This document shows positions 17,729-26,535 of a stretch of 29,184 nt of DNA, one piece after another. The position numbers and the translations under genes were made by a program. The notes beneath the pieces are model-generated. The model was not told where the DNA came from and did not search any database. It saw nothing but the letters and a program-made list of their open reading frames with translations. Origin of the DNA: Gemmatimonadales bacterium (GTDB lineage Bacteria > Gemmatimonadota > Gemmatimonadetes > Gemmatimonadales > GWC2-71-9); contig JBFGJG010000051.1 of NCBI GenBank assembly GCA_041577295.1, positions 1 through 29,184 on the forward strand, in the 5' to 3' direction. Numbering within the stretch: the stretch's first letter is position 1; each line of letters opens with the position of its first letter.

Positions 17729-19699
17729 TCATTCCGGTATTCTCAGCGCCACCAGCTCCGCTTTCTGCGACGCCCCGCCAATTGGGATCGCGATGTACTG
17801 CTGCCCGTCGGCCTGGTAGGTCATGGGCGATCCCGAGGCGTTGCCGGGAATCGGGATGCTGGCGATCGTGTTCCCTGTGGCCGGATCGAGCGCGAGGAGG
17901 GCGGGATCCTCGTTCGCCGTGGAGATCGTGAACGCGTTTTGCGCTGGGGCAACGCCGCGAATGGCCCACCGTCCTTCCTGTGCAGCGAGCAACAGTGAGG
18001 GCGTGCGGATGACGAACGTACGGAAGGGCGAGCCCAGCTCCGGCAGGTCGAGATCCGCGAGAGCTGGATGGTTCCGCGGGCCCTGCCCCATCGGCCGCAT
18101 CCACAAATGATCACCGCTGTTCAAGTCGATGGCGGTGAGACGGCCGTACGGTGGTTTCGTAATCGGCAGACCGCGAGGGCCAACGACGGGCGCCAGCGTC
18201 CCGCCGCGGTAATCGCCCTGATACGGATGTGCGTCGTTTGGATTGGTGGCCTTGGCGAGCGCAAGCACCCACGGTTCCGTAATCGATGGAACATACAGCA
18301 CCCGGTCTTGCGGATCGACCGCAGCACCAGCCCAGCTCGCGCCGCCGAGGACACCCGGAAGCGTCAGCGTGCCGCGTTCCGTGAACGGTGTGAACAGCGG
18401 ACCGTAATCGTACCGCTCGAGAATCGCCATCGCCTCTGCACGAAGCTCCGGCGTGAAGTCGATGAGATTGTCGGGCGTCATCCCCTGCACATCGAACGCC
18501 GCGGGCTTCGTCGGAAACGGCTGCGTGGGCCACAGCCGCTCCGTTGGGACCGTGGGCTCCTGTGGCACCGGCCGCTCCTCGATGGGCCACACTGGCTCAC
18601 CGGTTTCCCGATCGAGAACATAGACAAATGCTTGCTTGGAGACCTGCGCCAACGCCTTGATCTCTCGACCATCTACCGTGATGTCGATGAGAATGGGAGC
18701 GGCGGGAAAGTCGTAATCCCAGATGCCGTGGTGCACACCCTGAAAGTGCCACACGGGCTCGCCCGTTTCGACGTTCACGGCCACGACGCTCTCGGCGTAC
18801 AGATTGTCACCCGGACGGTCCCCGCCGTAGTAGTCGTTGGTGGGAGTGCTGAACGGGAGATACACGTAGCCGAGATCTTCGTCGCAGCTCATGTACGTCC
18901 AGACGTTGGTGTTTCCCATAGTCTCCCAAGAGAAGTCCTCCCACGAGCGTCCACCAGCAATCTCCCCCTGCGGTATGGACTGAAAGAGCCAGTACAGCTC
19001 ACCGGTCTCCATATCGAACGCCCGCACGTCACCGGGTGGCATCTCCGCTTCGAGTGGGATGTCGCCGATTGCGGCCCCAACCACGACCTTGTCACGGCAG
19101 ATGACTGGCGGCGACGTCACACCGTAGTCACGCCTGTTAACCGAGCGGCGTAGGCCTCGGGTCAGATCGATGCGTCCGCCGTCACCGAAATTTTCCACGA
19201 GCGTTCCTGTGGCCGCGTCGAGGGCAATGAGATGGCCATCGCCGGTCCCGTACACGATGCGGTCTCCGTCACTATGGGCCCAATACGTGACACCCCGGTG
19301 AAGAAAGCCGAGGTTTGGCGGGTAGCCCGTTCGATAGCTTTCGGGGTTGTACGTCCACAGGGTCTCCCCGGTGGCACCGTCGATGGCCACCGCCTGGCTG
19401 AGCGACGTGCTGGTGTAGAGGATCCCGTCCACGGCGATGGGCGTCGCTTCGTAGCGGTGCGCCCAGATGCTGGTGTCGGCATCGAGAATGGGCTGATCGA
19501 CGCTTTCCCAGCGCCACGCCACTTCGAGCTGCGCGACGTTGTCGGGCGTGATCTGATCGAGTGCCGAGTACTTGGTGTTTTGTTTGTCGGCACCGTAGAC
19601 GGCCCAGTCGGCAGGTTCGGCGCCGCGGTCACAGGAAATGAGGAGTGTAAGTGAGCTGAGGAGCGCCAAGCGACACAACGCGGGGACGGCGTCACGCAT
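17729..19699 (-). CDS. PQQ-dependent dehydrogenase (quinoprotein glucose dehydrogenase-like), lipoprotein
   Basis: 656 aa; lipobox LLIS-C; YSALDQITPDNVAQLEVAW, YEATP, RGVTYW, HHGIWDYDFPAAPIL, PTQPFP, GGASWAG, KPPYG and PMTY motifs. Confidence 0.92.
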   Translation of the reverse strand: MRDAVPALCRLALLSSLTLLISCDRGAEPADWAVYGADKQNTKYSALDQITPDNVAQLEVAWRWESVDQPILDADTSIWAHRYEATPIAVDGILYTSTSLSQAVAIDGATGETLWTYNPESYRTGYPPNLGFLHRGVTYWAHSDGDRIVYGTGDGHLIALDAATGTLVENFGDGGRIDLTRGLRRSVNRRDYGVTSPPVICRDKVVVGAAIGDIPLEAEMPPGDVRAFDMETGELYWLFQSIPQGEIAGGRSWEDFSWETMGNTNVWTYMSCDEDLGYVYLPFSTPTNDYYGGDRPGDNLYAESVVAVNVETGEPVWHFQGVHHGIWDYDFPAAPILIDITVDGREIKALAQVSKQAFVYVLDRETGEPVWPIEERPVPQEPTVPTERLWPTQPFPTKPAAFDVQGMTPDNLIDFTPELRAEAMAILERYDYGPLFTPFTERGTLTLPGVLGGASWAGAAVDPQDRVLYVPSITEPWVLALAKATNPNDAHPYQGDYRGGTLAPVVGPRGLPITKPPYGRLTAIDLNSGDHLWMRPMGQGPRNHPALADLDLPELGSPFRTFVIRTPSLLLAAQEGRWAIRGVAPAQNAFTISTANEDPALLALDPATGNTIASIPIPGNASGSPMTYQADGQQYIAIPIGGASQKAELVALRIPE

Positions 19700-19729
19700 T
19701 GAAATCTCCAGGGGGCGGGAAGGAGAATG

Positions 19730-19828
19730 GATTGAGGATCGCAGATTGATGATTTCAGACTGTAGAGGAATGCTGATTCATCAAATCGGTATTCACAATC
19801 TGCAACCTGCAATCCCCGATCGTCAATC
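19730..19828 (+). repeat. Heptamer-arm inverted repeat element E9 (degenerate)
   Basis: GATTGAG GATCGCA GATTGAT GATTTCA GACTGTA, core TGTAGAGGAATGCTGATTC (19761-19779), then CAATCTG CAACCTG CAATCCC CGATCGT CAATC. Confidence 0.85.
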
Positions 19829-19879
19829 TTCACACTTCAATGTCGCAATCGACTAACAAACGCTATCGAAACCGCGTCT

Positions 19880-19907
19880 TTCACCGACAGTTCACCACGC
19901 ATTCACC
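19880..19907 (+). promoter_or_regulatory. Three TTCACC direct repeats at 11-bp period, putative regulator binding site
   Basis: TTCACC at 19880, 19891 and 19902, about 90-120 bp upstream of the porin gene. Confidence 0.4.
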
Positions 19908-19999
19908 ACCTCGGCGTTAAGAGTTGCAGCTGGAGCGTAACCTGGACGGAAGCGCACCAGGCTGGTTCTCGCACCAGCGAGGCACCAGGAGGTGTCATT

Positions 20000-20656
20000 A
20001 TGAAGAAATCGATCAAGTTAGCGGCACTCATCGGACTGCTGATGGGCGTCTGTGCCAGCCCGGTCCTAGGACAGACGGTGTGGCTCGGTGTGAAGGGCGG
20101 CTGGAACAACGCCACGGTGGCAGTCAATCAGGACTTCGGGTTCGATATCGACCATGTAAACTCGTATCACGTCGGTGCACTCTTGGGTGTTGACGTGCAT
20201 CCGGCGCTCGCCATCGAGCTCGAAGCGTTGTACGGACGGAAGGGATATGGTGCTCGGGGACTCGGCTTTGAAGGGGAAGCCGTCGCCGGGTTCCTGCAGA
20301 TCCCGCTCCTGCTCCGTCTCAAGATCCCGACTCGGGCGGGCATCGTGACCCCTCATCTATTTGCTGGTCCAGGTGTGGGGTTCGAACTGCACTGCCAGGT
20401 CACGGGAATGGAAGCCGGACTCTCATTCGATGAATCCTGCGATGACTTCGAACTCGATCGCAAGCAGGTCGATGTCGGCGTGCTCTTCGGCGGCGGCCTG
20501 ATGGTCGCGGCCGGACCGGGCAACCTGCTGTTGGACGCTGCCTACGACCTGGGATTGCGGAACCTGGCAGACGATCCCGCAGGACTCGAGGAGGTTCGCA
20601 GTCGTACCTTCTGCCTATCAGTGGGATACATGATTCCCATCGGTGGCAGGCGGTAA
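20000..20656 (+). CDS. Porin-family outer-membrane beta-barrel protein
   Basis: 218 aa; SD AGGAGG; signal peptide; GVKGGWN, EALYGRKG, FLQIPLLL and YDLGL motifs. Same family as 10624..11277. Confidence 0.87.
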   Translation: MKKSIKLAALIGLLMGVCASPVLGQTVWLGVKGGWNNATVAVNQDFGFDIDHVNSYHVGALLGVDVHPALAIELEALYGRKGYGARGLGFEGEAVAGFLQIPLLLRLKIPTRAGIVTPHLFAGPGVGFELHCQVTGMEAGLSFDESCDDFELDRKQVDVGVLFGGGLMVAAGPGNLLLDAAYDLGLRNLADDPAGLEEVRSRTFCLSVGYMIPIGGRR

Positions 20657-20691
20657 ACGCAGTTGATGTTGTAAGCGGAGCGCTTCCGTCC

Positions 20692-22092
20692 TCACTCCTC
20701 TCTTCTCGGCGCCCACGGTGTCAACGGCTTGTGAAACTCTTCCGCCGGTTGAAATCGCGGGTGCTTGTCCTTGCTCCATTGGACCTGCATCGCACCGGTC
20801 TTGTGAAACTCACGGTCTTCCGGTGGAGCGAACGTGGCCGCCGAGTAATAGAAACCGCCGAGTCCAATGCAGTGCACCAACACTGGCCCGGCGGGGAATG
20901 GTTCTTCTTTGCGGGTGACGCGAATTGGTCCGCAGTCGGGATCGGGTTCGTCGTGGTTGATGGTTGGTGGGTACGCGCCGCGTCGGATCGACAGACACGC
21001 GGTGACGGCTTGAAGGGCTGACGACCCGGCGCCGTGTTGGCCCAGCATGGACTTGATGGAGTGAACGGGAATGGACGGAAACGCATCGCCGAATATGCCG
21101 GCGAGCGCGTTCGCCTCCAGACGGTCGTAGATGACCGAAGATGATCCATTGGCGTTGACCAGCGCGATCTCTTCCGGTTCCCACCCACCCTCAGCGATGG
21201 CTCCGCGCATGGCACGCATCGCGGGCCTCAGATCGATCTCCGGGTTGTCATGGCTGTACTGGCGGTTCTGTCCGGCCGAGCAGATTTGGTAGCCTCCCAC
21301 TCGCGCATACACCCGGGCCTTGCGGGCCCGAGCGTGCGCTTCCGACTCGAGCAGGAGCGCGGCTGCTCCTTCGCCGATCACATTGCCGTTCCTGAGACGA
21401 TCAAACGGTCGTGAAGCGCGCCCCGGATCGTCGTTGAAGTTCGTGGCGAGCGAGTTCGAGGCGTTCAAGGCCGCGAGCACCTCGGGCACGACCTCACAGT
21501 CGGTGCCGACCACGAGCATGGCGTCCACCGATCCGGATTGAATCATGCGGAGTGACTGGCCGAGCGCATCGATCCCCGAATTGCAGCCCGATGTGCACGT
21601 GTGCACGGGCCCCCGAATGTTGAAAAACGAGGAGACGACACAAGCGGCGGAGTGATTGAACGCGTGGAACGCGGTATGCGCCGGCGCGACCTTGGTCTCC
21701 TTATACCGTTCGTTCAACCGGAGCACGGTCTCGAGGTTGCCGATCGACGTCCCGAGATGGACGCCCAGGCGGTCGGGGTCGCACGCGTCCAAGTCCAGCT
21801 CGGCGTCGTGCAAGGCGAGCACTGCCGCGGCGAGCGCGAGCTGCACCGGTCGCGGCGTGCGCCGTGCCATCAGCTCCCCATCGGTGACGAACCGCTCCAG
21901 CTGAAAGTCCGGAATCTCCGCGGCGATCTTTGATGGTGACTCGGATGCGTCGCACAACGTGATATGCCTGAACCCGTGCTTACCCGCCACCAAGGCATTC
22001 CAGAAGGCTTCTCGGCCGGTCCCGATGGCGCTGACCGGACCGACCCCCGTCACCACAACCCGGGGCGTGCTGTTGTCTTCGCGCTCCTGCAT
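20692..22092 (-). CDS. Beta-ketoacyl synthase (FabF-like) family protein with atypical active site
   Basis: 466 aa; RVVVTGVGPVSAIG, SGCNSG (catalytic Cys), ASRPFD, GEGAAALLLE, PPTIN; His motifs read VNANGSSS and KSMLGQHG; SD GAGGAG. Confidence 0.88.
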   Translation of the reverse strand: MQEREDNSTPRVVVTGVGPVSAIGTGREAFWNALVAGKHGFRHITLCDASESPSKIAAEIPDFQLERFVTDGELMARRTPRPVQLALAAAVLALHDAELDLDACDPDRLGVHLGTSIGNLETVLRLNERYKETKVAPAHTAFHAFNHSAACVVSSFFNIRGPVHTCTSGCNSGIDALGQSLRMIQSGSVDAMLVVGTDCEVVPEVLAALNASNSLATNFNDDPGRASRPFDRLRNGNVIGEGAAALLLESEAHARARKARVYARVGGYQICSAGQNRQYSHDNPEIDLRPAMRAMRGAIAEGGWEPEEIALVNANGSSSVIYDRLEANALAGIFGDAFPSIPVHSIKSMLGQHGAGSSALQAVTACLSIRRGAYPPTINHDEPDPDCGPIRVTRKEEPFPAGPVLVHCIGLGGFYYSAATFAPPEDREFHKTGAMQVQWSKDKHPRFQPAEEFHKPLTPWAPRREE

Positions 22093-22180
22093 GTCCTACT
22101 CCTCGCGGCGAACCGTTCCCGACAATCCCGCTTTGGATCTACGAGTTCACGACCGCATTCACAAGGGGGGCACGACGGAT

Positions 22181-23203
22181 TTAGGGTGTCACCACCCAGC
22201 GGATACCCTCGCCGCGACGGAGCCGATCGAATCCGTCGTTGATGTGATCCAGTGGGAGGCAGCCGGTGACGATGGGGTCCAGTTGCAGGCGACCGGCTCG
22301 GACGAGATCGATGATCTCTGGATACTCGCCTCCTCCGCACCCCAGGCTGCCCACGATCTCCAGCTCGTAGTACATCAGCCTGGCGGCGGAGAGGGTTGCG
22401 TTTTCGTGCGAGTACCCGATCACACACAACCGTCCCCCGCGTCGTAGCAGGCTGAACGCCGCTCGGATAGTGTCGGGCTTCCCGATGGCTTCGAACGCGA
22501 CGTCCACCCCCCCACCGGTGAGCTTGCGGATGTGCTTGTCCAGCCGGTCGACCTCGTTGCCGTTCACGGTGTCAACCGCGCCGAGCGCGCGAGCCACCTC
22601 GAGTCGCGCGTCGTTGACGTCGATGGCAATCACGCGGGCGCCGGCAACCGTTGCGCACTGGACCACGTTGAGCCCTACGCCACCACAGCCCATCACCGCA
22701 ACGGTGTCGCCGGTACGAACCTGGCCGCGACGCTTTACCGCGTGATACGGCGTCGACAGTGCATCCGCGATTACACAAGCGCGTTCGAGCGGCATATCGT
22801 CGGGGAGAGCAATGATCTCAGATGCGGGTACCTTCACAAACTCCGCGTACGCGCCGTCGATGTTGTTGCCGAGCATGACCATCTCGTCGCACAGGTTCTC
22901 ACGTCCGTTGCGGCAGAATCCGCAACGTCCGCAGGAGAGCACGGCGGGAATCAGCACGTGGTCACCTTCAGCACTGGTCGTGACCCCGGCGCCCACGCGC
23001 GCGACGATTCCCGCGGCTTCGTGTCCGAGAATCAGCGGAGGGGTCTTGAAGGTCTTCACACCATGGTCGAGATAGTGCAGGTCCGTGTGGCAGAGTCCAC
23101 ACCCGGCGACCCGAACCACCACCTCGTTGCGCCCCGGCTCAGGCGTGGCCACCTCGGTGATTTCCAGCGGCCGGTTGGTTCCATGATACACCGCTGCCTT
23201 CAT
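22181..23203 (-). CDS. had: Zn-dependent alcohol dehydrogenase, probable 6-hydroxycyclohex-1-ene-1-carbonyl-CoA dehydrogenase
   Basis: Start ATG 23203 (MKAAVYHG, ATGA overlap); VAGCGLCHTDL, LGHE, PAVLSCGRCGFC...C, GCGGVG. Lies in the bcr/dch cluster; the specific substrate is inferred from context. Confidence 0.78.
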   Translation of the reverse strand: MKAAVYHGTNRPLEITEVATPEPGRNEVVVRVAGCGLCHTDLHYLDHGVKTFKTPPLILGHEAAGIVARVGAGVTTSAEGDHVLIPAVLSCGRCGFCRNGRENLCDEMVMLGNNIDGAYAEFVKVPASEIIALPDDMPLERACVIADALSTPYHAVKRRGQVRTGDTVAVMGCGGVGLNVVQCATVAGARVIAIDVNDARLEVARALGAVDTVNGNEVDRLDKHIRKLTGGGVDVAFEAIGKPDTIRAAFSLLRRGGRLCVIGYSHENATLSAARLMYYELEIVGSLGCGGGEYPEIIDLVRAGRLQLDPIVTGCLPLDHINDGFDRLRRGEGIRWVVTP

Positions 23204-23559
23204 GACGACCTCCCAACGCGTTCGCTCTTCGGCGCGCGCTTGGACCTTCTCGTGTAGATGGTGACAAACCGGAGCTGTGTGGCGAGCCAGCAGTCGCTGC
23301 ACGCCTCGGCTAGCTCTTGGGGGACGACGGGATCGGCGCACACCTCGTAGCCGAGCTCGCGATAGAGCGCGAGCGCTTCCTCCGCTCTGGCTGAGTCCGT
23401 GATGAAGCGTCGTTCCCATCCTGCCGAGACGCGCGCCGGATCGGGTGCGAGCTGGTCGGCGGTCAACAGTCTGTGAGCTTCCTGTTCCACCACATGGCTC
23501 AGCTGTTTTGCGAGGTTACCGCCCACCTGCTCATCCCTCCCCTGCTCGCGTGGGCGCAT
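23200..23559 (-). CDS. Small hypothetical protein with CxxC, embedded in the bcr operon
   Basis: Fills the bcrD-had gap and its stop overlaps the had start; GWERRF...LYRELGYEV...CSDC...IYTR. Start ATG 23559 or GTG 23526. Confidence 0.78.
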   Translation of the reverse strand: MRPREQGRDEQVGGNLAKQLSHVVEQEAHRLLTADQLAPDPARVSAGWERRFITDSARAEEALALYRELGYEVCADPVVPQELAEACSDCWLATQLRFVTIYTRRSKRAPKSERVGRSS

Positions 23560-23566
23560 CCGTCCG

Positions 23567-24394
23567 CTACCCAACGAGCGATTTCGCATCGGATACCGTC
23601 TCAGCCAGCTTTGCCAGGCGGCGGTGCCCGAGCAACGCCGCCCCCAGCGCCGGGATGAATTGAACGAGGTCGCCGGACGGCACGTTGACTGACACGCCCA
23701 ACTTTTCCTCGACGACTTGAACCATCCGCTCGAACTGAAGGATGCCACCGATCAGCGTGTACTCCGGCTCCATTCGCACGCGCTTCATGAGCTGTACCGA
23801 CCGGCCAACGAGCGACACGATCGCACCGTGCATGATGTCCGCAGGCGACACCCCCTGTGACAGATGGTTGATCACTTCCGACTCGGCGAAGACCGCACAC
23901 ACCCCGGAGATGGGGATGGCGTCTTTCGACGTCGAAACAAGAGGGCCGATCTCCTCGGTGGTGTAGCCCATGTACCGGGCTGTCTTCTCGAGGAACGCCC
24001 CGGTGCCGGCCGCGCACTTGTCGTTCAATCGGAACGACTCGACCTTGGCGTCGGCGCCGATCCTGCTCGCCTTCATGGTCTGTCCGCCGACATCGAGGAT
24101 GGTTCGCGTTCCGGGAAAGCAGAGCGTGGCACCGCGGGCGCTCGCGGTCAGGTCCGTGACATGGATGTCGCTGATCCGGGCCTGGTGCCGCCCAAACCCC
24201 GTTGCGACGACGTACGCCACGTCCGCGCGTCCAAGTCCGGCGCGCTCGAGAGCACGGTCAAAGCTGCGTTCGGCAACCTCAGCCAGGCGGAACCCCGTCG
24301 GCTCCATGGCACGACCGACAATCTCGTGATGGTCGTTCATGACGACGGCTTTGGTGTACGTCGAGCCGATATCGATTCCAGCCGTGTGCGTCAT
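23567..24394 (-). CDS. bcrD: Benzoyl-CoA reductase ATP-binding activator subunit D (BadG/BcrD-like)
   Basis: 275 aa; GIDIGST ASKHA motif, [28 protein letters not shown] overlap with the upstream activator gene. Confidence 0.8.
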   Translation of the reverse strand: MTHTAGIDIGSTYTKAVVMNDHHEIVGRAMEPTGFRLAEVAERSFDRALERAGLGRADVAYVVATGFGRHQARISDIHVTDLTASARGATLCFPGTRTILDVGGQTMKASRIGADAKVESFRLNDKCAAGTGAFLEKTARYMGYTTEEIGPLVSTSKDAIPISGVCAVFAESEVINHLSQGVSPADIMHGAIVSLVGRSVQLMKRVRMEPEYTLIGGILQFERMVQVVEEKLGVSVNVPSGDLVQFIPALGAALLGHRRLAKLAETVSDAKSLVG

Positions 24395-25209
24395 GTGGGC
24401 CCCCGCCCGGCGCGTGCCGGAGTTCGGCTAGTGACGATATGCTCGAGCGCAAAGAGCGCCGCACCGAGCGCACCCATGTAGTGGGACTCCTCGCTCACAT
24501 TGACGTCGATACCAAGTCGTTCGTTCAACGTCGCGATCATCGCCGCGTTGCGGGCGACACCGCCGGTGAAGGTCACCTCCTCTTCGATACCCACCCGGCG
24601 AAGCAACCCAGCCGAGCGGGTCGCGATCGAGTGATGGACACCCAGTAGGATGTCCTCGATCTTCTTCCCCTTACCCAACCACGAGAGGACCTCGGACTCG
24701 GCGAAGACCGTGCACGTGGTGCTGATCTTGACCGGCCGCTCACCGCGCAGCGCGGTTGGTCCGAGCTGTTCCAGCGGAATCTCGAGCGCGTTGGCCGCCG
24801 CGCCGAGGAATCGTCCAGTCCCGGCCGCACACTTGTCGTTCATGCAGAAGTCCAAAATCTCGCCGGCGCTCGATACACGAATCGCCTTGGTATCCTGTCC
24901 TCCCATGTCGAGCACGGTGCGGGTGCCCGGGAACATTCGGACGGCTCCCCGACCGTGACAGCTGATCTCGGTAACCTGCGTATTGCCAAAGGTCACCTTA
25001 TAGCGTCCATACCCCGTGCCCACGACGTATTCCACTTCTTCTTCCCGGAGATCGGTAGCGTGAAGCGCCTCTTGGAAGGCGCTTTCGGCAGCGCGAATGA
25101 CATTTGCTCCCGTATCAGTCAACGCGCGGGCAACGATCACGCCGTCTTCTCCGACGATCACGGCCTTCGTCTGCGTGGATCCAACGTCCACCCCGGCTGC
25201 GTATGCCAT
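24391..25209 (-). CDS. bcrA: Benzoyl-CoA reductase ATP-binding activator subunit A, short form (BcrA C-domain/BzdQ-like)
   Basis: Start ATG 25209 (SD GAGG), 272 aa; [52 protein letters not shown]. Confidence 0.78.
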   Translation of the reverse strand: MAYAAGVDVGSTQTKAVIVGEDGVIVARALTDTGANVIRAAESAFQEALHATDLREEEVEYVVGTGYGRYKVTFGNTQVTEISCHGRGAVRMFPGTRTVLDMGGQDTKAIRVSSAGEILDFCMNDKCAAGTGRFLGAAANALEIPLEQLGPTALRGERPVKISTTCTVFAESEVLSWLGKGKKIEDILLGVHHSIATRSAGLLRRVGIEEEVTFTGGVARNAAMIATLNERLGIDVNVSEESHYMGALGAALFALEHIVTSRTPARAGRGPT

Positions 25210-25216
25210 GGTTACC

Positions 25217-26521
25217 TCACAGCCTCGTTGTCGCGGCGTCACGGGATGCCCGCGATGCGAGGCCTTCGAAGAACGCATCGATCCGGTTCTTGAGCTGTGC
25301 TTCAGAGACGACTCGTCGGTCCATCATGTCCGACTCGATGAAGAGGCTCGGGATATCGCGACGCTCCATGAGCGCTCGACGATTGTCGGCCAGCCCGGTC
25401 GAGACAGTGCGACAGCTCTTGATCGGATGGTAGACGACACCGTCGACGGCATAGGTGTCGATCATGTTCACGAGGATCTCCGTCTGGAAGAACATGGAGT
25501 CCATGGCATCCCGCACGCTGATGAGTGTCCCCTCGGCGAGGCTTGCGATCGGATCGTCGAGATCGTATTCGAACCCGACGTTGGATCCGCCAGAGGCAAA
25601 CCACAGATACGTCGAGTTGACGAACGTGCCACCCCATTCCGTGAATAGCTCGTTGAAACGCCGGAAAATCGGATAGCAGGGAACACCGACGAAGACCAGT
25701 CGGAATTTTTCCTCGGTAAGCGTCCCGATGCCGTGGGACGCTTTGAACTCCATCTCTTTCACGAGGTCCTGGAAGTAGTCGGCGCCTTCTGGTAGACCAC
25801 GAAATCCGTTGGCAACCCCCAGGTAGATGGTGCCTTCGGACAGTGCATTGAACACGGAGGGGCGACTCGCATTCAGCTCGAGGAGTCGCTTCCAGGCGTG
25901 GTTCATTTCGTTGGCCGCGGCCATGGTCTCGCGTAGGCGATCGACGTCGAACGCAACGCCGGAGACCTGCTCGCAGACGGGGATCAACTCACAGATCTGT
26001 GCTTCGACATAGCGTCGGTCGGCTTCGAACTCTGCTGTTCCACGCTGGTGCGGCAAGCCGGCGCCGCGTGTTCCCGGAACGTCGAGGGTGAAGATGGGAA
26101 CATCGTACATTCGCTGCCAGATCTCTGCCCACTTGATGTAGGTGTTGCACGCGTTGGTGTAGACGGCGATGGCAGGCTTTGGAATACGTCCCATGGGATG
26201 CTCGCCACCGCGCAACTGTGTGGCGACGTCCGCTTTCACATAGCCACAGATGTCCGGCGAGTACCCGTAGTCTTCTGCCTCGTTGAGATATTCGTGGGCA
26301 ACACGCCGCACTGCGGTCTGCAACGAGTTGATCTCGGGGAACACAATTGGCAGATCGAAGACCCGCAGAAGTTCCGCCATGCTTCCCATCACGAAAACAT
26401 AAGCGGCGCCTCGTTGATCAGCAGCCGCTTGCGACAGATCGGCAAACCATTCCCGAAACAAGCGGGCGCCATCTCGGTTTCCCCGCCCCACCAAGTCCTC
26501 AGCCACGGTAGTCTGTTGCAT
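25217..26521 (-). CDS. bcrB: Benzoyl-CoA reductase subunit B (2-hydroxyacyl-CoA dehydratase family)
   Basis: Start ~26521 (MQQTTV), 434 aa; [31 protein letters not shown] and FIESD...KNRIDAFFE. Confidence 0.85.
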   Translation of the reverse strand: MQQTTVAEDLVGRGNRDGARLFREWFADLSQAAADQRGAAYVFVMGSMAELLRVFDLPIVFPEINSLQTAVRRVAHEYLNEAEDYGYSPDICGYVKADVATQLRGGEHPMGRIPKPAIAVYTNACNTYIKWAEIWQRMYDVPIFTLDVPGTRGAGLPHQRGTAEFEADRRYVEAQICELIPVCEQVSGVAFDVDRLRETMAAANEMNHAWKRLLELNASRPSVFNALSEGTIYLGVANGFRGLPEGADYFQDLVKEMEFKASHGIGTLTEEKFRLVFVGVPCYPIFRRFNELFTEWGGTFVNSTYLWFASGGSNVGFEYDLDDPIASLAEGTLISVRDAMDSMFFQTEILVNMIDTYAVDGVVYHPIKSCRTVSTGLADNRRALMERRDIPSLFIESDMMDRRVVSEAQLKNRIDAFFEGLASRASRDAATTRL

Positions 26522-26535
26522 ACGGCTCACCACCT

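Noticed and set aside
3371..19828. Repeats as a CRISPR array or integron attC sites
   Set aside because: No regular repeat-spacer periodicity and no cas genes. No RYYYAAC/GTTRRRY boxes or integrase, and flanking genes and cores occur in both orientations.
22093..22180. Possible ferredoxin or small RNA between had and the ketosynthase
   Set aside because: Only 88 nt, with no Cys-rich ORF or convincing structure.
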